NCBI GenBank assembly: GCA_035548125.1
Contig: DASZTV010000025.1
Location: 52,289-116,288 of the forward strand
Length of the DNA stretch: 64,000 nucleotides
Origin: Mycobacteriales bacterium
Lineage (GTDB): Bacteria > Actinomycetota > Actinomycetes > JAFAQI01
Direction: 5' to 3'
A program made the position numbers and the translations under genes. The notes beneath the pieces are model-generated. The model was not told the origin of the DNA. It was given only the letters and a program-made list of their open reading frames with translations, and did not search any database. Below, piece after piece: positions 10,991-21,348 of this stretch (positions within the stretch are counted from its first letter, which is position 1; every line of letters starts with the position of its first letter).

Positions 10991-11218
10991 CTACTTGAGG
11001 AGGAGGCCGATGCCGATGATGCAGCCGAACCAGAGGACGCCGCAGATGATCGTGAGCCGGTCGAGGTTCTTCTCCACGACCGAGGATCCGGACAGCGTCG
11101 AGGACACGCCGCCGCCGAACAAATCGGACAGGCCGCCACCTTTGCCGCGGTGCAGCAGGACGAGCAGCATCAACAGCAGGCTGACGATGATCAGCAGGAT
11201 GGAGAGCGCGGTGACCAC
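10991..11218 (-). CDS. secG: Preprotein translocase subunit SecG
   Basis: 75 aa, two TM segments, HRGKGGGLSDLFGGG motif. Confidence 0.93.
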   Translation of the reverse strand: MVTALSILLIIVSLLLMLLVLLHRGKGGGLSDLFGGGVSSTLSGSSVVEKNLDRLTIICGVLWFGCIIGIGLLLK

Positions 11219-11262
11219 GCCTCCAGTGTGTCAGATCGGCGCGGCGGGCTCCCTCGCCAGCC

Positions 11263-12252
11263 TCAGCTGAGCCGAACCCGCGGATCGAGGATCGCGTACA
11301 GGATGTCGACCACGATGTTCGCCACCACGACGGCCGCAGACGCCACGACCACGATCCCGAGGATCACCGGCAGGTCCTGGTTGCTGATCGCCTGCACGGC
11401 GGTGTACCCGAGACCCTGCATGCTGAAGACCGTCTCGGTGACCACCGCCCCGCCGATCAGTACGGCGACGTCGATGCCGAACTGCGTGACGATCGGCGTC
11501 AGCGCCGCTCGTAGCCCGTGCCGCAGGACGACCCGGCGTTCCGACAGCCCTTTCGCGCGCGCCGTCCGGATGTAGTCCTCACCGAGGACGTCGAGCATCG
11601 ACGATCGGGACAGCCGGGTGTAGGCAGCGGCGCTGACGACCGCAAGGGTGATCCACGGCAGGATCAGGTGATGCGCCCACTGCAGCGGGTTGCTGGTGAA
11701 GTCGACGTACCCCGCGGCCGGGAACCAGTGCAGGTGCAGCTTCGTGGAGAAGTCGTAGTAGAAGACCAGCAGCAGGAGCAGACCGAGCACGAACGTCGGC
11801 AGCGAGTAGAAGAACAGCGCGATTGTCGTGAACAGCCGGTCGAGGAAGCTTCGCGGACGTACCGCCGACAGGATGCCCGACGCCAACCCCATCAGCAGCC
11901 AGAGGATCGAGGCGCCGATCGCGAGCGACAGCGTGATCGGTGCTGCCGTCTTGAGGATGTGCGTGACGGGGATCTGGAAGAAGTAGTCCTGCCCCAGCCC
12001 GCCGCGGAGCAGACCGGCGCGATGTGGCGTGCCGTAGATGAAGTGCCAGTACTGCTGCCACAGCGGCTGGTTCAGCCCCAGGTCGTGGATGATCTGGTCG
12101 AGCTTGGCCTGTGACGCCGCCTTGCCACCGATCCGGCGGGCGACGTCCTTCGGGCCCTGCCCGCCGGCAAAGAAGAGCAGGAACGACGCCACCGTCACGA
12201 GCCACATGACGAGGACGCCCTGCAGGATGCGGCGGACCAGGAAGCGGGCCAT
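11263..12252 (-). CDS. Peptide/nickel ABC transporter permease (DppB/OppB type)
   Basis: MARFLVRRILQGVLVMWLVTVASFLLF..., 6-TM BPD-transport pattern, and the C-terminal LDPRVRL tail typical of OppB/DppB. Confidence 0.9.
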   Translation of the reverse strand: MARFLVRRILQGVLVMWLVTVASFLLFFAGGQGPKDVARRIGGKAASQAKLDQIIHDLGLNQPLWQQYWHFIYGTPHRAGLLRGGLGQDYFFQIPVTHILKTAAPITLSLAIGASILWLLMGLASGILSAVRPRSFLDRLFTTIALFFYSLPTFVLGLLLLLVFYYDFSTKLHLHWFPAAGYVDFTSNPLQWAHHLILPWITLAVVSAAAYTRLSRSSMLDVLGEDYIRTARAKGLSERRVVLRHGLRAALTPIVTQFGIDVAVLIGGAVVTETVFSMQGLGYTAVQAISNQDLPVILGIVVVASAAVVVANIVVDILYAILDPRVRLS

Positions 12253-13238
12253 CAGACGAACAACCTGTCTGCTCGAGGGTCGAACGCATCTCGGACACCG
12301 TCACCGAAGATGTTGAACGCCAAGGTGGTGATCAGCAGCGCCAGACCTGGGAAGACGAGATACCACCAGGCGACGGTGTAGACCGCCTGCGAGCTCGCGA
12401 TCATGGCGCCCCAGTCGGCGGTCGGCGGCTGCACCCCGATCGACAGGAACGACAGCGTCGCCTCGCCGACGATGCTGAGCGGGATCAGCAGCGAGGCGTA
12501 GACGATCACCTGCGCGATCACGTTCGGAAAGATGTCGACGAACATGATCCGCCACGGGGTAGCACCGAGCGACCGAGCCGCCTCGACGTACTCCCGCTCA
12601 CGGATCGACAGCACCTGACCGCGCACGATCCTGGCCACCGAGGACCAGCCGAACAGCGACAGCACGCCGACGACCAGCCACAGGCTGCCGCCGCCGCTGA
12701 CCGCAGCCAGTGCGACACCGAAGAGCAGGAACGGGATCGACAGCGTGACGTCGATCAGCCGGGAGATGAGCGTGTCGACGAAGCGGCCGAAGTAGCCCGC
12801 CATCAACCCCATCAGCGCCCCGAAGGAAACCGTGATGGCAGTGGTGACGACACCGACCAGCAGCGAGACCCGGGCGCCGTAGGCGATCCGGACCAGCAGG
12901 TCGCGACCCTGGTCGTCCGCGCCGAGCCAGAAGTGGCTCCCCAACCCGGCCGGGAAGCCTTCCGGTGTCTCGCCGATGATCCGGAACTGCTGGTTCACCC
13001 CGTGACCGGTGATCTTGGCGAAGATCGGCGCCCCGATCGCGCAGGCGACGATGATCACGATCACGATCGCCGACACAACGGCGGCCCGGTCGCGACGCAG
13101 CCGCTCGTACGCCAACCGCCAGGGACTGCGCCCTTGGATGATCTTCGCGGCCTCCGGTGGCGTCTCCTCACCCGCGCCCCCTGCCATCACGTCGAGGTCG
13201 CCGGCACCACCGACATTGCCGATCGTCACTGGGACCAC
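12252..13238 (-). CDS. Peptide/nickel ABC transporter permease (DppC/OppC type)
   Basis: GTG start with GAGGAGGG upstream. SPWRLAYERLRRDRAAVVS and HFWLGADDQGRDLL motifs typical of OppC/DppC. Confidence 0.9.
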   Translation of the reverse strand: MVPVTIGNVGGAGDLDVMAGGAGEETPPEAAKIIQGRSPWRLAYERLRRDRAAVVSAIVIVIIVACAIGAPIFAKITGHGVNQQFRIIGETPEGFPAGLGSHFWLGADDQGRDLLVRIAYGARVSLLVGVVTTAITVSFGALMGLMAGYFGRFVDTLISRLIDVTLSIPFLLFGVALAAVSGGGSLWLVVGVLSLFGWSSVARIVRGQVLSIREREYVEAARSLGATPWRIMFVDIFPNVIAQVIVYASLLIPLSIVGEATLSFLSIGVQPPTADWGAMIASSQAVYTVAWWYLVFPGLALLITTLAFNIFGDGVRDAFDPRADRLFV

Positions 13239-13256
13239 CCTCCTCGCATGCGGCGC

Positions 13257-14336
13257 TCAGGCATTACCGATCAGGCCTTCCTCGATCACCCGCTCCTCGA
13301 CGCTGATCTGCGGCGTCGACTTGCTGATGTCCTCACCGACCTCCACCGGAAAGTGGCATGCCGCGGCGTGAATGTCCGGGTCGCCCAGGCGCGGGACGAG
13401 CGCCGGATCCTCACGGACGCAGAGGTCCTGTGCCTTGGGACATCGCGGATGGAACCGGCACCCCGACGGCGGATCGAGCGGCGACGGGACGTCTCCGACC
13501 AGCACGACCCGGTGCCGCTCCTGCATCTGGCGCGGGTCGGGCACCGGAACCGCCGACAGGAGGGCCTGCGTGTAGGGGTGGCGACCCTTTTGATAGATGT
13601 CGTCGCCTGGTCCGACCTCCGCGACCTTGCCGAGGTACATGACCGCGACCCGGTCACTGACGTGCCGGACCACCGACAGGTCGTGAGCGATGAAGATGTA
13701 GGTCAGGTTGAGCTCCTTCTGCAGATCTGCCAGAAGGTTGATCACCTGTGCCTGAATCGACACGTCCAGGGCGGACACCGGCTCATCGCAGATCACGAGC
13801 TTCGGGCGCAACGCGAGGGCTCGCGCGATACCGATGCGTTGGCGCTGGCCGCCGGAGAACTCCGCCGGGAACCGGTTGTAATGCTCGGGGTTGAGCCCCA
13901 CGAGCTCCATCGCCTCCTGCACCCGGCGCTTGCGCTCCTGCCCGCTCGCGATCCCGTGAATGGCAAACGGGTCGCCGATGATCGAGCCGACCCGGCGACG
14001 CGGGTTCAGCGAGCCGTACGGGTCCTGAAAGATCATCTGCATGTCCCGGCGGTGGGGACGCATCCGTGATGGGGAGAGCCGCGAGATGTCGGTTCCGTCG
14101 AACTCGACAGTTCCCGACGTGAGGTCGTAGAGCCGCATGATGCAGCGGGCGAGCGTCGACTTGCCGCAGCCGGTCTCGCCGACCAGGCCCAGCGTCTCCC
14201 CACGACGTACCTCGAGGCTCACTCCATCGACCGCGTGAACCGCCCCGACGTTGCGCCGGAACAGCGACGACGACCGCACCGGGAAGTGCTTCACGACATC
14301 GGTGAGCTTCAGCAGCGCGTCGCCGGAGTCGCTCAC
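13257..14336 (-). CDS. Peptide ABC transporter ATP-binding protein (DppF/OppF type)
   Basis: GTG at 14336 overlaps the upstream ATPase stop (GTGA). Walker A GETGCGKST, signature FSGGQRQR, and a C-terminal oligopeptide-ATPase Cys motif (CRFHPRC). The longer track ORF to 14501 overlaps the preceding gene. Confidence 0.9.
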   Translation of the reverse strand: MSDSGDALLKLTDVVKHFPVRSSSLFRRNVGAVHAVDGVSLEVRRGETLGLVGETGCGKSTLARCIMRLYDLTSGTVEFDGTDISRLSPSRMRPHRRDMQMIFQDPYGSLNPRRRVGSIIGDPFAIHGIASGQERKRRVQEAMELVGLNPEHYNRFPAEFSGGQRQRIGIARALALRPKLVICDEPVSALDVSIQAQVINLLADLQKELNLTYIFIAHDLSVVRHVSDRVAVMYLGKVAEVGPGDDIYQKGRHPYTQALLSAVPVPDPRQMQERHRVVLVGDVPSPLDPPSGCRFHPRCPKAQDLCVREDPALVPRLGDPDIHAAACHFPVEVGEDISKSTPQISVEERVIEEGLIGNA

Positions 14337-15343
14337 GCGGCACCCTCTTTCGGCTGGTCGTGCCGCATCTGCTCGCGCTCGGCCCGGTCCGCAGGCAGCC
14401 AGCACGCCGACCGATGGCCGGCGGCCTGGTCGACGACGAGCAGCGGCGGAGTCTCGACACAGCGCTCGAACGCGTACGGACAGCGTGGCCGGAACGGGCA
14501 CCCCTGCGGCAGGTTGATCAGGCTCGGTGGCTGGCCGGCGATCGGAACCAGACGTTCCCGCGACCCGTAGCCCGGCAAGGACAGCAGCAGACCCTCGCTG
14601 TAGGGGTGGTGCGCACCGTAGAACAGCGTGTCGCGCGACGCGGTCTCCATCACCGCGCCGGCGTACATCACCACGACCTCGTCGGCGATCTCTGCGATCA
14701 CGCCCAGGTCGTGGGTGATCATGATGATCGCGGTGCCGAACTCGTCCTGCAGCCGCTTCATCACCTCGAGCACCTGCGCCTGCACCGTTACGTCGAGCGC
14801 AGTCGTGGGCTCGTCCGCGATCAGCAGCTTCGGGTTGAGCGCCATTGCCATAGCGATCATCGCCCGCTGCCTCATACCACCCGAGAACTGATGCGGGAAG
14901 TCGTCGACCCGGCGGTCCGGTTGCGGGATGCCGACCATGCGCAGCAGATCCACGGCGCGCGAGCGAGCCGCATGTTTCGTGATCGACGCGTCGTGGGCGC
15001 GGATCATCTCCACGATCTGCCAGCCGACGCGGTAGTACGGGTGCAGGCTCGACAGCGGGTCCTGGAAGATCATGCCGATCTCGGCACCGCGAACGTTGCG
15101 AAGCGCCTCGGACTCCATGGTGAGCAGGTCGTTGCCCTCGAACAAAGCGGTGCCCGCGATGCGCGCGCCGCGCACGAGGCCCATGATCGCCTGCGTCGAG
15201 ACACTCTTCCCGGATCCGGACTCGCCGACGATCCCGAGCGTCTTACCCGATTCGACGCTGAAGCTCAGCCCACGAACCGCGTCCAGCTGACCGTCCGGTG
15301 TCGCGAACGAAACGCGAAGATCCTCTACTTCGAGCAACGCCAC
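14333..15343 (-). CDS. Peptide ABC transporter ATP-binding protein (DppD/OppD type)
   Basis: Walker A GESGSGKS, signature FSGGMRQR, Walker B LLIADEPTTALD, C-terminal CPFRPRCP. Confidence 0.92.
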   Translation of the reverse strand: MALLEVEDLRVSFATPDGQLDAVRGLSFSVESGKTLGIVGESGSGKSVSTQAIMGLVRGARIAGTALFEGNDLLTMESEALRNVRGAEIGMIFQDPLSSLHPYYRVGWQIVEMIRAHDASITKHAARSRAVDLLRMVGIPQPDRRVDDFPHQFSGGMRQRAMIAMAMALNPKLLIADEPTTALDVTVQAQVLEVMKRLQDEFGTAIIMITHDLGVIAEIADEVVVMYAGAVMETASRDTLFYGAHHPYSEGLLLSLPGYGSRERLVPIAGQPPSLINLPQGCPFRPRCPYAFERCVETPPLLVVDQAAGHRSACWLPADRAEREQMRHDQPKEGAA

Positions 15344-15415
15344 ACGCAGCTCCTCACCGGTTTCGGCAACACCTCAAGGTTCAAGGCGCAGGCCGAGGAC
15401 AGTGTGTACCTAAAG

Positions 15416-15453
15416 ACCGGCCGGTGTCCCGCAAGCGCGAGACACCGGCCGGT
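15416..15453 (-). other. Intercistronic stem-loop (13-bp perfect GC-rich stem) between the binding-protein gene and the first ATPase gene
   Basis: ACCGGCCGGTGTC-N12-GACACCGGCCGGT read directly; the inner bases extend the stem imperfectly. It lies 35 nt after the binding-protein stop. No clear U-tract. Confidence 0.5.
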
Positions 15454-15487
15454 TCGTTGCTCACTCAGATGTGCCAGCCGAACTGAG

Positions 15488-17320
15488 TTACTTGGAGATC
15501 CAGACGTTCGGGTAGTCGATCGTCTGGAATGCCGGCATGAACACGTCGTTGTGGGTGTTCGCCGAGTGCAGGAACCCGCCGTTGACGGATCCGATCGGAT
15601 AGAACGCCGCGTCCTTGATCACCAGGTCGTCGGCCTGGGCCCAGAGCTTGTTGCTCGTGGCCTCGTCCTGCGCAGCCGATGCCTGCTCGATCAATGAGTC
15701 GACCTGCGGGTCGTCGAACAGCCCGAAGTCACTCGACACCGGCGGAAGGACCTTGCCGTAGAACAGCGGCTTGAAGAACGACAACGCCGCGTTGCCGTAC
15801 CAGTCCGGCCCCCATCCGGCCAGTGACAGGTCCCAGTCACCGTTGCGGGCGCTCGACGGCACCTGCAGGTACTTCGTGTAGATGGTGAACTGGCCGGGCG
15901 CGTTGAGACCCGTGACCTTGACGCCGATCTTCTTCAGCTGGCTCTGCACGTCCTCGTACATCTTCTGCGACGTCGAGGAGATCGCGCGGTACAGGAACAC
16001 CAGGTGCAGGTTCTTCACACCCGCTGCCGCGAGCAGCTGTTTCGCCTTGTCCGGGTTGTACGGGTACGGCGTGTCCTGGTTGAGCTGAGCCCCGTCGATG
16101 CCCGGCGGAAGGACGTGCGTCAACGGCGGCTCGAGCTTCTCGCCACCCGCGTCCTGCACGAGGAACGCCCGGTTGATCGCGTAGGACAGCGCCTGGCGAA
16201 CCGCAGCCTGCTTCAACGCGCCGTTGTTGTTCGGCGACTGCGTGTTGAAGATGATGTACGGGTTGCTCGAGCCCTCGTTCTGCACGTTCAGCAGCGGGTT
16301 GTTCTCCTGGATCATCTGGTTCTGCTGCACCGCGCTCGGCGCGAGGTCCCAGTCGGCGTTCAGCGAGCCGGCAAGGATCTGCTGCTGGATCGCGTCCTGC
16401 TGCTCACCTTCGGTGACCTTGATCTCGTCGACGTAGGCCTTGCGAATCGGGTCGGTCGACGGGTCCCAGACCGGGTTGCGCGTGAAGTCGATGGACTTCG
16501 TCGGGTCGAAGGACTTGATGACGTAAGCACCGCAGGAGACCCAGTGCTGCGCCTCAGCCGTCGTACCCGGCAGGTAGTTCAGCATCTCGACGGCGCGAGG
16601 GCTGAACACCGGGATCGTCAGCATGCTCTCGAAGTAGCCGGCCGGCTGGGTCAAGTGGAAGACCAGCGTCTGCGGCGTGTCACCGACGGTGACGCCGGTC
16701 AGCGCGTTCTTCGGGTCCGACAGGAACGCCTTGATGCCGGCAACCGTCGGCTTGGCCTTGGCGAAGGCCTTGCAGAAGTCGGTGTAGCCGACGATCAGGT
16801 CGCTGAAGTCGGGCTGCCCGCCGAACTGGATGCTCGTCGGGTTGCAGCTGATCTCCACGCCGCGGATGACGTCTTCAGCGGTCACCTGACGCTTGGGCGT
16901 GGTGTTCCAGTAGACGCCCTGGCGGATCGTGATGGTCTCGGTCTTGCCGCCGTCGGAGGCCACCGGGTCGCCGGTGGCGAGGTCCGGCACCGCCTCGGTC
17001 TGGTGACCGGGTTGCGGCGAGTAGGAGTACAGGTTCCGGCTGAAGATGCGCGCGGCGATCTGGCCGAGGCTGCTGTAGCTGACGTTCGGGTCGTAGTAGT
17101 CGGCGTCGCCGGAACCGGCGAGCTTCAACACCCCGCCCCGCACCGGGGTACCGGAGTTGTTGAGAGAAATCTTCTCGAAAGGTGCGTTAGCGCTGCTCGG
17201 AGCGGACGAGTTGGAGCTCGGGGTTCCGCCCCCTGAGCTTCCACCGCCACACGCTGCGATCACAAGGCTCGCGACAGCACCCGCCGCGGCAAAGCCAGCG
17301 GTACGTCGATTCCGGAGCAT
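15488..17320 (-). CDS. Peptide ABC transporter substrate-binding lipoprotein (family 5)
   Basis: ATG at 17320 with AAGGAGG 6 nt upstream. Signal peptide plus lipobox (LVIAAC) and a Ser/Gly linker. About 610 aa, with an SBP family-5-like body. Confidence 0.9.
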   Translation of the reverse strand: MLRNRRTAGFAAAGAVASLVIAACGGGSSGGGTPSSNSSAPSSANAPFEKISLNNSGTPVRGGVLKLAGSGDADYYDPNVSYSSLGQIAARIFSRNLYSYSPQPGHQTEAVPDLATGDPVASDGGKTETITIRQGVYWNTTPKRQVTAEDVIRGVEISCNPTSIQFGGQPDFSDLIVGYTDFCKAFAKAKPTVAGIKAFLSDPKNALTGVTVGDTPQTLVFHLTQPAGYFESMLTIPVFSPRAVEMLNYLPGTTAEAQHWVSCGAYVIKSFDPTKSIDFTRNPVWDPSTDPIRKAYVDEIKVTEGEQQDAIQQQILAGSLNADWDLAPSAVQQNQMIQENNPLLNVQNEGSSNPYIIFNTQSPNNNGALKQAAVRQALSYAINRAFLVQDAGGEKLEPPLTHVLPPGIDGAQLNQDTPYPYNPDKAKQLLAAAGVKNLHLVFLYRAISSTSQKMYEDVQSQLKKIGVKVTGLNAPGQFTIYTKYLQVPSSARNGDWDLSLAGWGPDWYGNAALSFFKPLFYGKVLPPVSSDFGLFDDPQVDSLIEQASAAQDEATSNKLWAQADDLVIKDAAFYPIGSVNGGFLHSANTHNDVFMPAFQTIDYPNVWISK

Positions 17321-17390
17321 GATCCTCCTTATGGGCCGCGGGGTACGCGGCAGCAAGCGGGCGACCCCAACGTCGCCAACCACGCGTGAG

Positions 17391-17443
17391 ATTAGGTCCG
17401 CAGGTCAACCGGGCCAATCAGCCCGGGCAAGTTGTGACCTAAT
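17391..17443. other. Nested imperfect inverted repeat (ATTAGGTC...GACCTAAT enclosing CAACCGGGC/GCCCGG..GTTG) between tpiA and the ABC operon
   Basis: Read directly. It starts 3 nt after the tpiA stop and lies 71 nt upstream of the binding-protein start. It could be a tpiA terminator and/or an operator. Confidence 0.4.
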
Positions 17444-17445
17444 GG

Positions 17446-18246
17446 TTATCCGGCACCCTCGGCGGAACTCTCACGGCCGGCACGCACGATGAGCACGAAA
17501 TCTTCCGGTATCAGGCTCGCCCCGCCGACAAGAGCCCCGTCGACGTCGGGCTGGTCCATCAGCTCGAGCGCGTTATTCGACTTGACGGACCCGCCGTAGA
17601 GGATCCGGACCCCGCCCGCCAGCGTCGGGCTGTAGCTGCTCGCGAGCGTGGCGCGCAGCGCCGCGCAGACCTCCTGGGCGTCCTCCGGGGTGGCCACCTC
17701 GCCGGTACCGATCGCCCAGATCGGTTCGTAGGCCACCACGAGCGGCTTCGCCTGGGTCGCGGTGACGCCCGCGAGCGCCGCCTTGAGCTGCGCCGTGCAG
17801 TGCGCGACCGCCTCGCCCGCCTGGCGGGCCTCCAGCGACTCCCCCACGCACAGGATGGGCACGAGCTTGTGCCGGATCGCCGCCTGGACCTTGGCGTTGA
17901 CTAGCACGTCGTCCTCGTGGTGGTGCTCGCGCCGCTCGGAATGCCCGATCACGACGTAGCTGCAGCCGAGCTTGGCGAGCATCGCCCCGCTCACCTCGCC
18001 GGTGTAGGCGCCGGCGTCGTGCCGGGAGATGTCCTGAGCGCCGTACTTGATGCGCAGGTGGTCCCCGTCGACCATCGTCTGCACGCTTCGGAGGTCGGTG
18101 AACGGCGGCAGCACCGCCACCTCGACAGCGTCGAAGTCCTGGTCGGTCAGGGAGAAGGCGAGCTTCTGCACCAGCGCGATGGCCTCGAGATGGTTGAGGT
18201 TCATCTTCCAGTTGCCCGCCATCAGCGGAGTACGGCCGGCGGCCAT
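17446..18246 (-). CDS. tpiA: Triose-phosphate isomerase
   Basis: AGNWKMN, IGHSERR and [11 protein letters not shown] motifs. Confidence 0.97.
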   Translation of the reverse strand: MAAGRTPLMAGNWKMNLNHLEAIALVQKLAFSLTDQDFDAVEVAVLPPFTDLRSVQTMVDGDHLRIKYGAQDISRHDAGAYTGEVSGAMLAKLGCSYVVIGHSERREHHHEDDVLVNAKVQAAIRHKLVPILCVGESLEARQAGEAVAHCTAQLKAALAGVTATQAKPLVVAYEPIWAIGTGEVATPEDAQEVCAALRATLASSYSPTLAGGVRILYGGSVKSNNALELMDQPDVDGALVGGASLIPEDFVLIVRAGRESSAEGAG

Positions 18247-19415
18247 CAGCCGCCCGCCAGGACCGCGAGACCCGGCAGCTGCTTGCCTTCGAGGTACTCC
18301 AAGCTCGCGCCCCCACCCGTAGAGATGTGTCCGAACCGCTTCTCGTCCAGCCCCAGCTGACGAACCGCCGCCGCCGAGTCGCCTCCGCCGACCACCGTGA
18401 GCGCGTCGGAGAGGTCCGCAATCGCCGACGCAACGCCGCGCGTGCCGGCCGCGAACGGCGCCAGCTCGAAAACGCCCATCGGGCCGTTCCAGAACACCGT
18501 GTGAGCCCCCGCGAGCCGCTCGGCGAACAGCGCGACGGTGTCGGGCCCGATGTCGAGCCCCATCAGGTCAGACGGGATCGCGTCAGCCGGTACGACAGAC
18601 GCCGCCGCGTCCGCCGTCACCTCCGCGGCGACCACCACGTCGGTCGGAAGCACGATCTTCCCGCTCTCGAGCAGCCTTCGGCAGGTCTCGACCCGGTCCT
18701 GCTCGAGCAACGATCGACCCACCTGCCGGCCCTGCGCGGCAAGGAAGGTGAAGCACATACCTCCGCCCACCAGGAGCTGATCGACGGCCGGCAGCAGGTG
18801 GTCGATCACCGCGAGCTTGTCGGACACCTTGGACCCGCCGAGCACGACGACGTAGGGCCGTCGCGGCCGCTCGGTCAGCTGGGCGAGCACGTCGAGCTCT
18901 CGAGCGACGAGGTCACCCGCAGCGTGCGGAAGCAGCTTCGCCACGTCGTACACACTCGCGTGCTTGCGGTGCACCGCCCCGAACGCGTCGTCCACGTAAC
19001 AGTCCAGGCCGTCGGCCAGCCGCTCGGCGAAGCCGGCACGTTCGGCGGAGTCCTTCGACGTCTCAGCGGCGTCGAACCGCACGTTCTCGAGCAGCACGAC
19101 GTCGCCCGTCGCGGCGTTCGGGTCGTGCGACTCGACGAAGGTCACCTCGCGCCCGAGCAGCTCGCCGAGCCGGCGGGCCACCGGCGACAGGCTGTACGCA
19201 GCGTCCGGAGTGCCCTTCGGCCTGCCGAGGTGCGCCGTTACCACCAGCTGCGCACCGGCATCGAGCAGCCGCCGCAGCGTCGGGACGCTCGCCCGGATCC
19301 GGCCGTCGTCGGTGATCGTCCCGGCGTCGAGCGGCACGTTGAGGTCAGCGCGAACGAGGACGCGCTTGCCGTTCAGGTCCCCGAGCGAGTCGATGCCGGG
19401 CAGCGTGGCGGTCAA
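18246..19415 (-). CDS. pgk: Phosphoglycerate kinase
   Basis: [13 protein letters not shown] near the N-terminus. TTG at 19415 gives an N-terminal length matching mycobacterial Pgk. The longer track ORF to 19982 overlaps gap. Confidence 0.93.
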   Translation of the reverse strand: MTATLPGIDSLGDLNGKRVLVRADLNVPLDAGTITDDGRIRASVPTLRRLLDAGAQLVVTAHLGRPKGTPDAAYSLSPVARRLGELLGREVTFVESHDPNAATGDVVLLENVRFDAAETSKDSAERAGFAERLADGLDCYVDDAFGAVHRKHASVYDVAKLLPHAAGDLVARELDVLAQLTERPRRPYVVVLGGSKVSDKLAVIDHLLPAVDQLLVGGGMCFTFLAAQGRQVGRSLLEQDRVETCRRLLESGKIVLPTDVVVAAEVTADAAASVVPADAIPSDLMGLDIGPDTVALFAERLAGAHTVFWNGPMGVFELAPFAAGTRGVASAIADLSDALTVVGGGDSAAAVRQLGLDEKRFGHISTGGGASLEYLEGKQLPGLAVLAGG

Positions 19416-19426
19416 CGGAGGTGGGC

Positions 19427-20461
<1,035 letters not shown>

Positions 20462-20492
20462 TTACGTCGGGCAGGCTACCCGGGCCGGTTCG

Positions 20493-21335
20493 TCAACGAA
20501 GCCTGAGGGCCAGCTGCCCCGCCGCACGCATCACGTCGAGCGGAGCGTCGACGCCGCTCATCAACCGAACCTGCTCCGCCGCCTGTTCGACCAGCAGCTC
20601 GAGACCCCCGAGGCTGCGCCCGCCCGCCGCCTCCCACGCCGCGGCCGCAGGCGTCGGCCAGGGCGCGTAGACGACGTCGAACCACAGGCCGCGCGGGGCG
20701 GCCCCGACGAACTCGACCGCCAGGTCGTCGGTCGCCCCTGCGGGAACGCAGGCGACCACGAGCTCCGCGCCGACGGCGCCGCGGGCCTGCGACCACGGCT
20801 GCACGTCGACCTCGATCCCGCACCGTTCGGCCACACCGCGGACCTCGGCAACGTTCGACGGGCGCCGCGCCACGACGACTGCCTCCGTCACGCCGAGCTC
20901 GGCGAGCCCGGCGAGCGCCGAGCAAGCCGTCGCCCCCGCCCCCAGGATCCACACGTCACCACGGACCGCGCGAAGCCCGGCGCGGTAGAGGCTGAGAATG
21001 AAGCCCTGCACGTCGGTGTTGGCCGCGATCCAGCGCCCTTCCGACCCGAACAGCACGGTGTTGGCTGCGCCGACCAGGTCCACGACGCCGTCGGTGGCGG
21101 CCACCAACGGCAGGACGGCACGCTTCAACGGCATCGTGAGCGAGACGCCGGCGAGTCCTTCTTCGTCGAGCGCGAGCAGCTTGCCGAGCAGCCCCGACTC
21201 GTCGCACTCGATCGCCCGGTAGCGCCAGCCGACGAGCCCGATCGCGTCGTACGCCGCCTGGTGCAAAGCGGGCGAGAGCGAGTGGCTGATCGGTGAGCCG
21301 AGAACGGCCGCACCGAGCCGCAGCGGTGAGTTCAT
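20493..21335 (-). CDS. aroE: Shikimate dehydrogenase
   Basis: AAVLGSPISHSLSPALHQAAY motif, and an NTD motif in ANTDVQGF. Confidence 0.88.
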   Translation of the reverse strand: MNSPLRLGAAVLGSPISHSLSPALHQAAYDAIGLVGWRYRAIECDESGLLGKLLALDEEGLAGVSLTMPLKRAVLPLVAATDGVVDLVGAANTVLFGSEGRWIAANTDVQGFILSLYRAGLRAVRGDVWILGAGATACSALAGLAELGVTEAVVVARRPSNVAEVRGVAERCGIEVDVQPWSQARGAVGAELVVACVPAGATDDLAVEFVGAAPRGLWFDVVYAPWPTPAAAAWEAAGGRSLGGLELLVEQAAEQVRLMSGVDAPLDVMRAAGQLALRLR

Positions 21336-21348
21336 GACGCGTCCGCGC

